A stretch of DNA of 27,592 nt from a virus. Taxonomy: Duplodnaviria; Caudoviricetes. Both the position numbers and the translations under genes were made by a program. The stretch is from positions 1 to 27,592 of IMG/VR virus record IMGVR_UViG_3300031450_000014, one strand, 5' to 3'. Under the pieces are notes generated by a model. That model did not search any database, had not been told where the DNA came from, and was given only the letters and a program-made list of their open reading frames with translations. This document shows positions 10,589 through 20,508 of the stretch, in pieces (within the stretch, counting starts at the first letter, position 1; every line of letters starts with the position of its first letter).

Positions 10589-12610
10589 TCACGAGAGCAC
10601 CGAGACGAGCGCGCACTTGTCCGCTAGGAATCGCTCAAGACCGCGACGCTCAGCATCGGTCAAGGGCCGCGAGTAGTAGGCGATACTGGCTATGCGACCC
10701 TGGAAAAAAAGGCTCGTTCCGCGAGAGCCAATCCATAGATCGCCGCCATTTACGTCCGCCGTGGTATTCACCGACCCATAGAGGACGCCATCGACGAACA
10801 ATTCCAGGCCGCCGGTAGAGGCATTGAACCGCCCCAGCAACAGGTGGTAGCCCAGTTTTGTGACCAGCATCGGGGCGGTGGCCGACCCCTCGGGAGCGCC
10901 CGTCACTTCGGGCCGCCCAGTCGCCGCGGAACCGCGGAGCTCATTTAGGGCCCATGAGAAGACCATCGGATAGTTACCGAGAGCATCGAACCGCGCTACC
11001 GATGCCATCGTCCACCCGGTCCCACCCGTGAAGGTCGCTGCCGTCCTGCCGAGCGAGTCGTCGACTCCGTCAAAGTCCGCGACGCCGAGTCCGTTGAGCG
11101 CCGATGCGCGGTAGAGCGGCCGGTTAGAGCCGGTCGCCTGCGTCACGTCGCGGCTGTTGCCCGAGGCGTCGGCCCACGTCGCGATGGCCGCCCCGTCAGA
11201 AAGCGACGAGAGGGCTTCGGGGCGAAGCCACAACTGCAATCCACTGATCGTGTCTGGAGACGCCGAGGCGGGGCCTAAACGGGGGAGCTGCCAGCCGTAA
11301 GTACCGTCCGCGCGCTTCTGGCACACATAGACGGCATCAACTACGCCGGCCGCCTCGACGCGAAGCAAGTGGCCGCGCCACGCCTCCGATGCGGTAGGTA
11401 GCGTCGCTACCGCTTGTGGACGGATGTCGGCGCTACGTCCACCACTGGCGCGCTGGGGGCGGGAGTGCTGACGCAAAACGTCGGCGACGCCCAGCTTCTT
11501 CCGGTAGAGCTTTACGGGCTGATTAGTGACAACCCACAGGTAGCCATCTGATTCCTTGATTGAGGTCGGGCCGCCAAGGTAGGGCGCAGCCTGTGCTCCG
11601 CTGGCGTTTCGGAACGCTCCGAGGTAGTCCCACTTCGCCGTATCCCAGCTAAAGGTGGCGATCCCCTTGTAGTAGTCGAGGTAGTACAGGGTGTCGCGGA
11701 CCCCTATCAGGGGGCCGACGGGCATGGTGTCAATATGGCCGCCGGCCAGCGTGGTGCCAGCCACGAATCCGTCGCCGTTCCATACCGAGAATGTCACCCC
11801 ATCCGAGGCTGCGGCGCTGACGGCGACCAGCTCGCCGTTGAAGTTCGCCATCCGGTAGATCGTGGCCCCCGAGTACATGAGGCGGCTACCCCCAGACGAG
11901 GAGATCGCCCACACCTCGCAAAGCGTCCTCGCCTCATTCACGGCGCTGACCCACAAGCCCCCATCGAACGGAACAAGCGACAACACGAAACCGCTGATAC
12001 CGATGGTGGTGAGACTCAGCACCTGCGAAACGGTGGTGCCATCGTACGTGTAGACGCCCGGAGGGACGAACGGTGCGGCCTCGTTGAAGGCGTTGCCGAA
12101 CGTGCCGATGTAGAGCTTCCCCCACAGCACGGGACCGGGGAACACGTCCTCGCCCCCAACGGTTGCCGCATCGGTCAGAGCATTGAAGGACCCGTTCGAG
12201 TAGAGGTCGAGGCGGCGAAGCTGCCCGCTGCGACGGTCACCGGCGTGGAGCTTGCCCTGGTATTCGGAGGCGCCGTAGACGCCGAGGCCGTTGAAGTCCT
12301 GGGTCCCTAGCGCGCTGAGTTGAGTCCACGCCCCGTTGCGGTAGCGCCACACTCCTTTCATCGCTCCGGCCGCTTCTCCGGCCGAGCCGAACAGGTACAG
12401 CTCGCCGGCTAGCACGCCCAAGAAGCAGGCCCCCGCCGAGCCGCTCGACAGCCCGGAGTCGAGCGAAACTTCCCACGCTCCGTCAGTGACGAAGGCACGG
12501 CTGGTTTCCACCGAAAGCATCTGTCCTTCGAGCGTGCCCACGCGCGGCTCCAGGCCGCCCGCCGACCCAGCAAGACCAGCGGGCCCACGAGGCGGAACGA
12601 GGAGGGTCAT
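10589..12610 (-). CDS. Fibre/adhesin: beta-propeller plus LamG/ConA-like domain, 673 aa
   Basis: ATG 12610 with GGGAGG SD; repeated blades (GELYLF, GKLHAG, GKLYIG, GGLWV, GELVA, GYLWV); GLQLWL...W.D.SGN...FDGVDD...F.GRIA...Y.R.L. Confidence 0.8.
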   Translation of the reverse strand: MTLLVPPRGPAGLAGSAGGLEPRVGTLEGQMLSVETSRAFVTDGAWEVSLDSGLSSGSAGACFLGVLAGELYLFGSAGEAAGAMKGVWRYRNGAWTQLSALGTQDFNGLGVYGASEYQGKLHAGDRRSGQLRRLDLYSNGSFNALTDAATVGGEDVFPGPVLWGKLYIGTFGNAFNEAAPFVPPGVYTYDGTTVSQVLSLTTIGISGFVLSLVPFDGGLWVSAVNEARTLCEVWAISSSGGSRLMYSGATIYRMANFNGELVAVSAAASDGVTFSVWNGDGFVAGTTLAGGHIDTMPVGPLIGVRDTLYYLDYYKGIATFSWDTAKWDYLGAFRNASGAQAAPYLGGPTSIKESDGYLWVVTNQPVKLYRKKLGVADVLRQHSRPQRASGGRSADIRPQAVATLPTASEAWRGHLLRVEAAGVVDAVYVCQKRADGTYGWQLPRLGPASASPDTISGLQLWLRPEALSSLSDGAAIATWADASGNSRDVTQATGSNRPLYRASALNGLGVADFDGVDDSLGRTAATFTGGTGWTMASVARFDALGNYPMVFSWALNELRGSAATGRPEVTGAPEGSATAPMLVTKLGYHLLLGRFNASTGGLELFVDGVLYGSVNTTADVNGGDLWIGSRGTSLFFQGRIASIAYYSRPLTDAERRGLERFLADKCALVSVLS

Positions 12611-12960
12611 CCGACCTCCCTCCACCGCACGCTGACCGACCCGGACGCGGCGACCACCCACACCGCACCGAGGAACGCATCCTCGATAAAGGTTGCGCCG
12701 TCGATGACCTTTGGGACGCCGTTGGCAGTCGTCAGCGTGTTGTCCTCGCCGAGGTAGATGTCGCCACCTACCGGCTGAACCAGGAGGTAGAGCCGCTCAG
12801 CGTTGGCGGGCCGCAACAGCACGGCAGCGGTGACCGCGAGCACGTTCTTGACGATCGTCGTCGACGTTGGCGACGACGTTTCCTGGACGAGCTCTCCGTC
12901 GACCTCGCGGCCCCGGAAGGTCAGCAGCGCGCCGCGGCCATTGTCTATAGGGAACCCCAT
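12607..12960 (-). CDS. Small beta-sandwich virion protein, 117 aa
   Basis: GGAGG SD; N..R..L.VQ...DIYLG...NG pattern; coupled to the fibre gene. Confidence 0.7.
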   Translation of the reverse strand: MGFPIDNGRGALLTFRGREVDGELVQETSSPTSTTIVKNVLAVTAAVLLRPANAERLYLLVQPVGGDIYLGEDNTLTTANGVPKVIDGATFIEDAFLGAVWVVAASGSVSVRWREVG

Positions 12961-12975
12961 CTGTGGCCTCCGTGT

Positions 12976-13959
12976 CTAGGGGTAGGCGGGATAGAACGAG
13001 AGCTCAGCGCTCGGCCCGAGGCTTTCGCCTTCGAACCTCAGCCGTGTAGTGCCGGGCCGGATGGTGCGGTAGCGGTTGTCCCACCAGGTCGACGCGGGCC
13101 ACGAGAGCGCCCACCGAGCGTCCTGCCCGTCGAGCATGATCGTGCCCTGCCCGAGATCGACGACGACCGCGCTGCCGGCGGGAACATCGAGGTCAAGCTG
13201 GAGCGACACGCCTCGATCCAAGTCCTCGACGTAAGGGCCCGCCCACGGCCCGTCGAAGCGAATCGCAACGGGTGACGCGACCAGCCCCGGGTTGACCACA
13301 TCGACCTCGCCGACAGGCAGAGGGACGGGGCCCAAGGATGAGGACAGCACCACCGGCAGGACCCACGGCAACGCCAGACCGCCTCCCGCCGCCGGCGCGC
13401 CGAGCGTGGCCGACACGACCCGTAGTGCGGCGTCGTAGATTCGCGGGTCGCTCAAGGCGATCGCCACGACGAACGATGCCTGAAACGGCGTAGGGACCGC
13501 GTTCAGCGACTCGGGCAGCGCGTCGGCCACGTTGACAGTGCCGCGCCCTCGGAAGAAGTAGGCGTTACCGCGATAGCCCTCGTCGAAGGTGATGTCCATT
13601 CGCTGCTCCCGGTCGACCTCCTGGAAGGCCGCCTCGAGCGCATCCGTGGCCGCTCGCAACGCCATCGCCGACAGGGCCTCGATGCGACCCGTGTACACCA
13701 CGTTTTTGCCAGCCCGTGCCCCCGGGCGGGGGATCGTGCCGATGCCGCCAACGACCGGGTCGGACGGGAGGGTCGGCTCGGCCATGTTGCGCAGGTCGAT
13801 GTCGTCGCACCAGTAGCGCCAGGAGCGCACGCCCGGCTCGAGCGGCGCCCGGTCGTGCAGAACCACCCCCGCAGCCCAGGTGTGGGTCGCCTCGAGCGTC
13901 GGCACTCCGCCGGGAGCAATACGGCCAGCGCCTCCGGCAAGGAAGGGGGCGATACTCAC
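12976..13959 (-). CDS. Distal tail protein (Dit)
   Basis: Immediately after the tape measure; DPRIY, V.NPG...P.IRFDGP, VVVD, I.PG...LRF motifs. Confidence 0.85.
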   Translation of the reverse strand: MSIAPFLAGGAGRIAPGGVPTLEATHTWAAGVVLHDRAPLEPGVRSWRYWCDDIDLRNMAEPTLPSDPVVGGIGTIPRPGARAGKNVVYTGRIEALSAMALRAATDALEAAFQEVDREQRMDITFDEGYRGNAYFFRGRGTVNVADALPESLNAVPTPFQASFVVAIALSDPRIYDAALRVVSATLGAPAAGGGLALPWVLPVVLSSSLGPVPLPVGEVDVVNPGLVASPVAIRFDGPWAGPYVEDLDRGVSLQLDLDVPAGSAVVVDLGQGTIMLDGQDARWALSWPASTWWDNRYRTIRPGTTRLRFEGESLGPSAELSFYPAYP

Positions 13960-16900
13960 CGGAATCCCCCCTGCTTGCGCAACTGCTGCTCCATCAGCGC
14001 GACGGTGTGCCGCGGGTCCGGCTGCGCCCCGGCGAGCGCGGGCGGCACGTTCAGGTTGAACGTGCGCTGGTCGTTGGTGACCGGCCCCGATGACGCGGCC
14101 ATGGCGCCGGCGCCCCCGGCGAGGACGGGGACGGCCGCGAGCTCCGCCACGAGCGCCTTGTCGAGCGCGCCAGCCCCGAGCTGGAGGCCGGCGGCGAAGT
14201 TCTCCATCGTCGCCCGGCCAGCGCCCTTCAGATTGCGGAGCGGCGACCGAGGGTCCTTCGGCTCCGAGCCGGGGAGGAGATTACGGATGCTGTCAGCGAT
14301 GCCTTTCACGCGGTCCCAGATCCCGCGGGCGAGACTCGCGATGCCGTTCCCGAACGCGCTCATGATTTTCTGCCCAGCCTCGTAGAAGTCGTTGGCGAGC
14401 CCGCGGATGAACCCGATGGCCTGCCTCACGGGCCCGGTGACGGCCTCCTTGATCGACTCCCACTTGCGCTCGGCGACGATCTTGATGGCCTCCCAGATCA
14501 CGCCGAGGTCACGCTTGAAATCTGACCACTTGTCGCCGATCCAGCCGATGGCGGCGCGGACCGGATCGATCGTCACCGACTTGATGCCGCCCCAGATCGT
14601 TGAGGCGACCGTCTTGATCCCGTTCCAGATCGTCGAGAGCGCGGACTTCGCGCCCTCCCACTGAGACTTCGCGAGGCCCACGCCGGCGGTGATAGGCGCG
14701 GTGATGGCGGTCTTGATGCCGCCCCAGATCGTTGAGGCGACCGTCTTGATCCCGTTCCAGATCGTGTCGAGGGCGGTCTTCGCCCCTCCCCACAACGTCT
14801 TGACCGCCGTGACCGCCGCGTTGACCGGCGTGGTGATGAGCGTCTTGATGACGCCCCACGCGATCGAGGCGACGGTCTTGATGCCCTCCCAGATCGTCGA
14901 GAGAACGTCCTTCGCGGTCTGCCACGCCGTGGTGATCGCAGAGGCCGCCCCGGCGGCGCTGGGGAGCGTCCCGGCGAACGCCTGCCCGATTCCGTAGATC
15001 AGCCCGCCGAGCCCCGTGAAAATCTGGAGGAGCGGCATCAGCGCGGCCGTGACCTTGATGACAGCACCGAGGATCGCGTTGATGACCCCGACGAGAATCG
15101 CGAGACCTGGGGCGACCGCCTGGATGATCTGGAAGAACAAGACCGTCAGCCTCGCGATGAAGGTCACCAGCTCTTTGACGAGCGGCATGACGTCGGTGAA
15201 GAACTGCTTGATCGTGGAGGACCCCTTGGCAGAGTTCATCCAGCCTGCGAGCGCCTGGGCGCCCTTGGTCAGCCACTCCACGAGGCCCTGACCGGATGGG
15301 GCGGCAGCCTTGAAGAACGCGAGGAAGACACTGGCGATCGCCCCGCCGAGCCTCAGCCACGACCCGAGCTGCGACACCAGTCCGCCAATGACCTCGCGCA
15401 TCCGGCCGGCGTCGCTCGTCCCCTTCGCCCAACCGCCGAACAGCTTGGCCACCTCCTTCATCCCCGCGATCAGTAGGGGCATGGCGGCCACCGCAATGTT
15501 GCGCAGGATCCGCAGGAAAGAAATGAAGATCGACGAGAACGGCCCCATGAGACTCGTGGCCCCCCGAATGAAGACGAGGAACGCGCTGGTCCACTCGGGG
15601 CGAGCGAACTCCCGGCCAAGCTGAGAGAGCACCCCGCCGATGCGGGAGCCAAGCTGCGTGAACGCGCCGCGCAGCGGGGCCATGATCTGCGGCAGGCGCT
15701 GGATGGCGCTGGTGAGCCCACCGAAGATCGCGTCGGTCGCCGGGCCAAAATACCCCTTCAGGTACGCCCCGGTGCTCTTCAGCGCGCCGAGGAACTTCAG
15801 CTCAGCGCCCGACAGCTCGTCGGTCGCCGCCTTGGCCTTGAGCGCGCCGGCGGTCGCTGCGCCGGCAGCAGCCGTACCCGCGGTGGCAGCGCGGCGCCTT
15901 GCCTCCGCGAGCTGGTCGTTGGCATTCGCGAGCGCCTGGACGGCGGCGACCACACTGGGCGCCCCAGCGACGCCGAGCTGGTCAAGGCGGTTCGATTCGC
16001 GCGTGGCCTCCGCGGAAGCCCGACGGCTGTCGGCCAGGGCGTCCGTGGCGGAGATCACCCCGGCCGCGCCGGCGATGCCCGCCTTCTCGAGCGCCGCGTA
16101 TTCGCGGGTCGCGTCGTTGAGGCCGACGCGCGCACTGCGCAGCGCCTCCGCGGCGGCGAGAACGCCAGGGGCCCCCGCCACCCCGGCCTCCTGCGCAACC
16201 CGCGCCTCGTCGGTCGCAATCTTGAGGTCCTTCTGCGCCTCGGTCACGCCGACCACCGCGTCGCGGTACGGCCCGTAGGCGCCGATCCCCTGCTCGCGAA
16301 ACGCCTGCTCGTCCTTCTGCGCCTTCGTCAGGTTTCGCGTGGCGTCGGTTTGCGCGTTCGTGGCGTTTAGCTCGGTGAGCTTCGCCGACCGGACGCGGAG
16401 GATCGCCTTTTCGAGCTCCGTCGTCTGGTCGGCGGTGAGCTTGATCCCCGCGGCGGAAAGGGACTGGCCCAGCAGGTCGTCGCTGAAGTCGACGTCGAGG
16501 TTGGTCAGCTTCGCGAACAGGTCGTCGACGCCGGCTCCGGTGAGCTTCGCGCCCTTGAGGAAATCGGCGAGCTCGCTCTGCGCCTCGCGGGTGTTGAAGT
16601 CCGCCTCGTCGACCGACTGGTTGGCATCGGCGAGGCCTCGTACGGCGTCCGCGGTCTCTTCTGCCGCGTCGGCGATCGCCTTGAACGCGGCGACGGACTC
16701 GCGCTCGAGCGTCTGATTGGCGGTAACGAGTCGAGCGGCGGCGTCGACCTCGCGCTGCACGGCCTGGGTGATTGTGCGGCTTGCCTCCGCGCGCGCCTCC
16801 TGGAGGCTCTTGATCGCGTCCCGCACGTCGCGGGTCGCGTCAGCCTCGGCGCGTCGCGCGTCGGCAATGTCGGCTGTGGCCTGGCGCCGCGCGTCGGCGA

Positions 16901-18320
16901 GCGCGCGCTGGGCGCGCTGAACGCCCCGTAGCGCGTCCTCCTCCGCCATGTTGCCGCGACGGATTGCTTCAGCGGCCTGCCGGCGAGCCTCGACGAGACC
17001 GCGCTCCGCGTTGGAAACCGCCTGCAAAGCTCCCTTGACGGCAAGCTCGGCCTGACGCCGCTGCTCAGCGGCCTGCGCGGCCTGCTGGTTCGCGCCGGCG
17101 GCCCCCTGGGTGGCCTGTGCTGCCTCCGCGTTCTGCGCCTTGTTAGCGGTGAGCACCTTCCCGAGCCGCGCGGCGAAAGCGCCGGCGAGAGCAACGACCG
17201 GGCCGATGGCAGCCATCAGCGCCGCGCCGAGCGCAGCGATCCCGCCGATCGCGGCTGCGGCAGAAGCGGCCAGGGCCGCCAGTCCAGCGACCAGCGCGCC
17301 GGCGGCGATGACGATCGCCGCTATGAGCGGACCAACGGCGGCCAACGGCCCAAGCACCCCGCCGATCGAGCCGCTCAGGCTCCCAAACCCCCCACCCGCG
17401 CTCGCCGCCGCCGAACCGGCACTTGTCGCCGCCGAACCGGCGTTCTGGATCGCGCCCGCCAGTCCAGCGATCCTCTCAGCGGCGCCACGCCGAACGTCCA
17501 CGTCGATCGTGATATCCCCACGGTCGGCCGCTGCGACCATCGACTGCAGGCCGGCGAGCTCCGCCTCCGCCCGCGCCACGCCCGACACGCTGACCTCCGC
17601 GTCATACCTCTTCGCCGCCAGACGATCCAGGTCGGAGACAAGCCGATCGCGCTTGAGTAGCGCCGCCGCGATCGCCAGTCCAACCTTCGGCGTGTACTCC
17701 TCCTGCGCGAGCCGCTGTAGATCGTTCTCGATCGCGTCTAGCTTGCCCTTCGCGATCGTCGTCTCGGCGTCCACGCGGGCCACCTCGTCGAGCCGCCCGA
17801 ACTCCCGCACCTTGCGGGTCACCCGGTCGATCGGCTCGTCCTCCACGTCGATCTTCACGCTCTTGGCGTCGAGCTTCGCGAGCTGAAGCTGTATCCGGTC
17901 GATCTGCGCCAGCGTCGCCGCGGTCTGGATGTCAACCTTCGGTGACGCCTCCTGCTGCGACAGCGCAGTCAGCCGTGCCGTGAGCCGGGTGAGCTTCGCG
18001 TTCGCGGCGGCCGCATCGACGTTGACGCGCGCGTTGGTGTCGGTGCCGGCGACCGCGGCGAGCCTTGCGCGGAGCTGATCGAGCGGGCCGGTCTGGACGA
18101 CCACTCCAGCGTCCGCCTCGACGTCCTCGACATCGAACGCTTTGAGGCGCCGGGCGATCCCATCGAGTGCCCGCTCGCCCGGGTCGACGTCAACGTCGGC
18201 GGTCGCCTCGACCTCTTCCTTGTCGAACCCGCGCAGACGACGAGAAAGACGATCCAACGCGCTTCCCGCGTCCGCGTCCTCCCCAGTCATCCGGAGCAGC
18301 AGTTCAGAGACAGTCGCCAT
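13956..18320 (-). CDS. Tape measure protein, 1454 aa
   Basis: Longest ORF; Ala-rich helical, hydrophobic segments, Trp-periodic repeats, LLPGSEPK..SPLR.L motif. Confidence 0.95.
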   Translation of the reverse strand: MATVSELLLRMTGEDADAGSALDRLSRRLRGFDKEEVEATADVDVDPGERALDGIARRLKAFDVEDVEADAGVVVQTGPLDQLRARLAAVAGTDTNARVNVDAAAANAKLTRLTARLTALSQQEASPKVDIQTAATLAQIDRIQLQLAKLDAKSVKIDVEDEPIDRVTRKVREFGRLDEVARVDAETTIAKGKLDAIENDLQRLAQEEYTPKVGLAIAAALLKRDRLVSDLDRLAAKRYDAEVSVSGVARAEAELAGLQSMVAAADRGDITIDVDVRRGAAERIAGLAGAIQNAGSAATSAGSAAASAGGGFGSLSGSIGGVLGPLAAVGPLIAAIVIAAGALVAGLAALAASAAAAIGGIAALGAALMAAIGPVVALAGAFAARLGKVLTANKAQNAEAAQATQGAAGANQQAAQAAEQRRQAELAVKGALQAVSNAERGLVEARRQAAEAIRRGNMAEEDALRGVQRAQRALADARRQATADIADARRAEADATRDVRDAIKSLQEARAEASRTITQAVQREVDAAARLVTANQTLERESVAAFKAIADAAEETADAVRGLADANQSVDEADFNTREAQSELADFLKGAKLTGAGVDDLFAKLTNLDVDFSDDLLGQSLSAAGIKLTADQTTELEKAILRVRSAKLTELNATNAQTDATRNLTKAQKDEQAFREQGIGAYGPYRDAVVGVTEAQKDLKIATDEARVAQEAGVAGAPGVLAAAEALRSARVGLNDATREYAALEKAGIAGAAGVISATDALADSRRASAEATRESNRLDQLGVAGAPSVVAAVQALANANDQLAEARRRAATAGTAAAGAATAGALKAKAATDELSGAELKFLGALKSTGAYLKGYFGPATDAIFGGLTSAIQRLPQIMAPLRGAFTQLGSRIGGVLSQLGREFARPEWTSAFLVFIRGATSLMGPFSSIFISFLRILRNIAVAAMPLLIAGMKEVAKLFGGWAKGTSDAGRMREVIGGLVSQLGSWLRLGGAIASVFLAFFKAAAPSGQGLVEWLTKGAQALAGWMNSAKGSSTIKQFFTDVMPLVKELVTFIARLTVLFFQIIQAVAPGLAILVGVINAILGAVIKVTAALMPLLQIFTGLGGLIYGIGQAFAGTLPSAAGAASAITTAWQTAKDVLSTIWEGIKTVASIAWGVIKTLITTPVNAAVTAVKTLWGGAKTALDTIWNGIKTVASTIWGGIKTAITAPITAGVGLAKSQWEGAKSALSTIWNGIKTVASTIWGGIKSVTIDPVRAAIGWIGDKWSDFKRDLGVIWEAIKIVAERKWESIKEAVTGPVRQAIGFIRGLANDFYEAGQKIMSAFGNGIASLARGIWDRVKGIADSIRNLLPGSEPKDPRSPLRNLKGAGRATMENFAAGLQLGAGALDKALVAELAAVPVLAGGAGAMAASSGPVTNDQRTFNLNVPPALAGAQPDPRHTVALMEQQLRKQGGFR
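14580..14765. repeat. 54-bp perfect direct repeat, 132 bp period, within the tape measure gene
   Basis: Identical sequence at 14580-14633 and 14712-14765. Confidence 0.9.
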
Positions 18321-18375
18321 TCAGGTTCTCCCGGACTTTGGGATCGCCGCGGGCCCCGACGTCGGACGCGGACGA

Positions 18376-18690
18376 CTAGCTAGACGAGCGCTGCTTGATC
18401 GACTGACGTGCCATGCGACGCGACGGCTGACGCTTACCGGCGGGGCGGCGGCGAGCCCGCTGACGCTCATTCAACGCCTTGAGGCCCTCCTCGCCCAAAT
18501 GCATCGCCAGGGCCAGCCGATCAAAGTCCCGCACCGCAATGTCTCCGTCGAGCTGCGCCAGCTCCAGCAGTCGCGGCACGGTGATTCCCTTCTCCTGGTC
18601 GACGTTAGGCTCAACCGACCAGAAGTCGTCGAGGGCTACTCCCCAGTGCTGCCAGGCGAGACGGGCGTAGTGAGAGTCGACGGCTGCCCG
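18376..18690 (-). CDS. Tail assembly chaperone T segment (-1 frame extension of G; 5' boundary approximate; internal GTG at 18579)
   Basis: The -1 frame is open across the G stop: HYARLAWQHWGVALDDFWSVEPNVDQEKGITVPRLLELAQLDG...; lies between G and the tape measure. Confidence 0.65.
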   Translation of the reverse strand, partial: RAAVDSHYARLAWQHWGVALDDFWSVEPNVDQEKGITVPRLLELAQLDGDIAVRDFDRLALAMHLGEEGLKALNERQRARRRPAGKRQPSRRMARQSIKQRSSS

Positions 18691-19130
18691 TTGGTCGCCT
18701 GTGTAGGAGGGGCAGCATCGCCCAACTTCTGCACATCGCGCACGGTCTCCAGGAGCGCGCCCAAGCGCTGCGCGCCGGACGCCTGGAACAGCGCGACCTC
18801 GAGCGCATTGACGATCTCGTCGGTGAGCGGCGCGCGGTTCTTGGCCTCGTCCTCCTCGCCTGCCTCCATCGCCTCCTGGGAGGCGTAGCCGACGAACTCC
18901 CAGAACGGCATCGGCTCCACCTGATAGCCGGTACCGTCCGGGTGCGACACGCCCAGCGTGATCGCCGGGATGAGGAACGACAGGAGACGGTACGCCGGCT
19001 CCGCGTAGGTTCCGTCCTGCAACCCCGCGAAGACCGCCTGGAGGTCCTCGCCGAGGGTCGCCTTGCGGAAACGGGTGTGGCGTTGTGCGACCACGGGGAA
19101 GACGTGGTCGCCGAGCTTGACGCGATGCAT
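18636..19130 (-). CDS. Tail assembly chaperone G
   Basis: Canonical position between major tail and tape measure; 164 aa. Confidence 0.8.
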   Translation of the reverse strand: MHRVKLGDHVFPVVAQRHTRFRKATLGEDLQAVFAGLQDGTYAEPAYRLLSFLIPAITLGVSHPDGTGYQVEPMPFWEFVGYASQEAMEAGEEDEAKNRAPLTDEIVNALEVALFQASGAQRLGALLETVRDVQKLGDAAPPTQATNGQPSTLTTPVSPGSTGE

Positions 19131-19819
19131 TAGGCGATGACTCCGGGCGTCTCTTCGTACACGTCGCCGTGCTCGCGACCGTTCGCGGCGCCCGAGAGCG
19201 GCGCGAAGTCGAACGTGACCTGGGCGTTGACCGGCTCCGAGTCGGAGAACGTGAACTCCGACTCGTCGTCGCCCAGTCCGACGTTGTTGCCGATGATGAT
19301 GACCGACGGTGGGCGGGTGCGGTTCGACGGTGCGGGCTCGGTCACGACCCCCGCGCCGGTGGGACGATCCGCGACAAGCGCGATCTGGTAGCGCTTGAGG
19401 TTGTCGTACAGGCCAAGGCCGACGCGCTTGTAGGCGGGCTTGCCCGCCGCCGCGGCGACGGTGGACGTGGACTGCGAGTTCGCGATGAGGGCGAGGTTGA
19501 GCTGCGCGATCCCCGCGAGCTGTGCCTGCACCTGGTAGCTCACGGACGTGACCTTCTTGAAGAGCTCGCCCTTGCCGGAGTACTCGAGCCCCGCCACTTC
19601 ACGTCCAGCCGAGAAGGCGAAGTCGTCTGCGGCCAGGCCGGTGTAGCGCCATGGCGAGACCGGCGCGTACTCGCCGCTTGAGTCGGCGACGGGGGAGACC
19701 ACCGCGGCCGGATCGGCCGGAACCGTCGGAGAGCCCGGGAGATCGCGGATGAGAAGCCACGCCGGTCCGGCGAGCGCCTCGAGAATGTCGATTGGATTAC
19801 GGCCACCTGTCATCGGCAT
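19130..19819 (-). CDS. Major tail (tube) protein
   Basis: 229 aa, beta-rich, AGPA...W...G motif; GGAGG SD; synteny. Confidence 0.85.
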   Translation of the reverse strand: MPMTGGRNPIDILEALAGPAWLLIRDLPGSPTVPADPAAVVSPVADSSGEYAPVSPWRYTGLAADDFAFSAGREVAGLEYSGKGELFKKVTSVSYQVQAQLAGIAQLNLALIANSQSTSTVAAAAGKPAYKRVGLGLYDNLKRYQIALVADRPTGAGVVTEPAPSNRTRPPSVIIIGNNVGLGDDESEFTFSDSEPVNAQVTFDFAPLSGAANGREHGDVYEETPGVIA

Positions 19820-19836
19820 GGTTCAGCCTCCTCTGG

Positions 19837-20031
19837 CTAGGACTTGGGGGGGTCGGCGGACTGGCCGGCCCCTTCGTGCTTGCGGATGTTGGATCCGGCG
19901 TCGCGCACGCGCTGCGCCTGATCGTCGGTCAGGGCGACCGGGTCGCCGCCCTTGTAGAGAACGACGTCGTCAACCTCGACGGTGTCGGTGTTCGCGTCGG
20001 AATCGACGAGAACGTAGGTCTTTGATGCCAT
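19837..20031 (-). CDS. Small hypothetical virion-module protein, 64 aa
   Basis: GAGGAGG SD; fills the gap before the major tail gene. Confidence 0.75.
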   Translation of the reverse strand: MASKTYVLVDSDANTDTVEVDDVVLYKGGDPVALTDDQAQRVRDAGSNIRKHEGAGQSADPPKS

Positions 20032-20088
20032 GCGAGCCTCCTCGCAGATCGGGGTCAGTTATTCGGAGAGGCGCCCGCCGAGCGGGCT

Positions 20089-20508
20089 TCAGACGTTGCG
20101 GTCGAGCAGGTCTTCGACCCGGTCGGCCATGAGCCGCTCGATGTCGTCCTGCCGGTCGCGGCCCGCGCGTTGTGCCATCTCCAGCCGCGGAATCTGGATC
20201 GGCGCGCCGCTCGGGGCGATCGTCCCGCCGAACTCCCACACCTTCGCCGCCGGGTGACTAGAAACCACGCCGCGGGCCTGGCCGCTGATCGTGTCGCGAA
20301 TATGCGGCAGGCGATCGTCGTTCGGGTTCTTCGCCGCGAGGCGGGGGCCTGGCCCGTAGCGCATATTGCCCCGTGCGCCCGTAGCAACGAGCTCCGCCGC
20401 CTCACGCTTCATCGCGGTCAACTCACGCGACAAGCCAGCCTTAACCGACTCCAGATCGCGGGCGAGCTCACGGCCGCCGAAGCCCTTCGCGCGCAACGTA
20501 GCCGCCAT
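20089..20508 (-). CDS. HK97 gp10-like neck/tail completion protein
   Basis: Basic 139-aa protein with a WEFGG motif; synteny. Confidence 0.75.
   Translation of the reverse strand: MAATLRAKGFGGRELARDLESVKAGLSRELTAMKREAAELVATGARGNMRYGPGPRLAAKNPNDDRLPHIRDTISGQARGVVSSHPAAKVWEFGGTIAPSGAPIQIPRLEMAQRAGRDRQDDIERLMADRVEDLLDRNV

Noticed and set aside
10589-11300. Diversity-generating retroelement target in the fibre C-terminus
   Set aside because: No reverse transcriptase and no template/variable repeat pair seen in the window.
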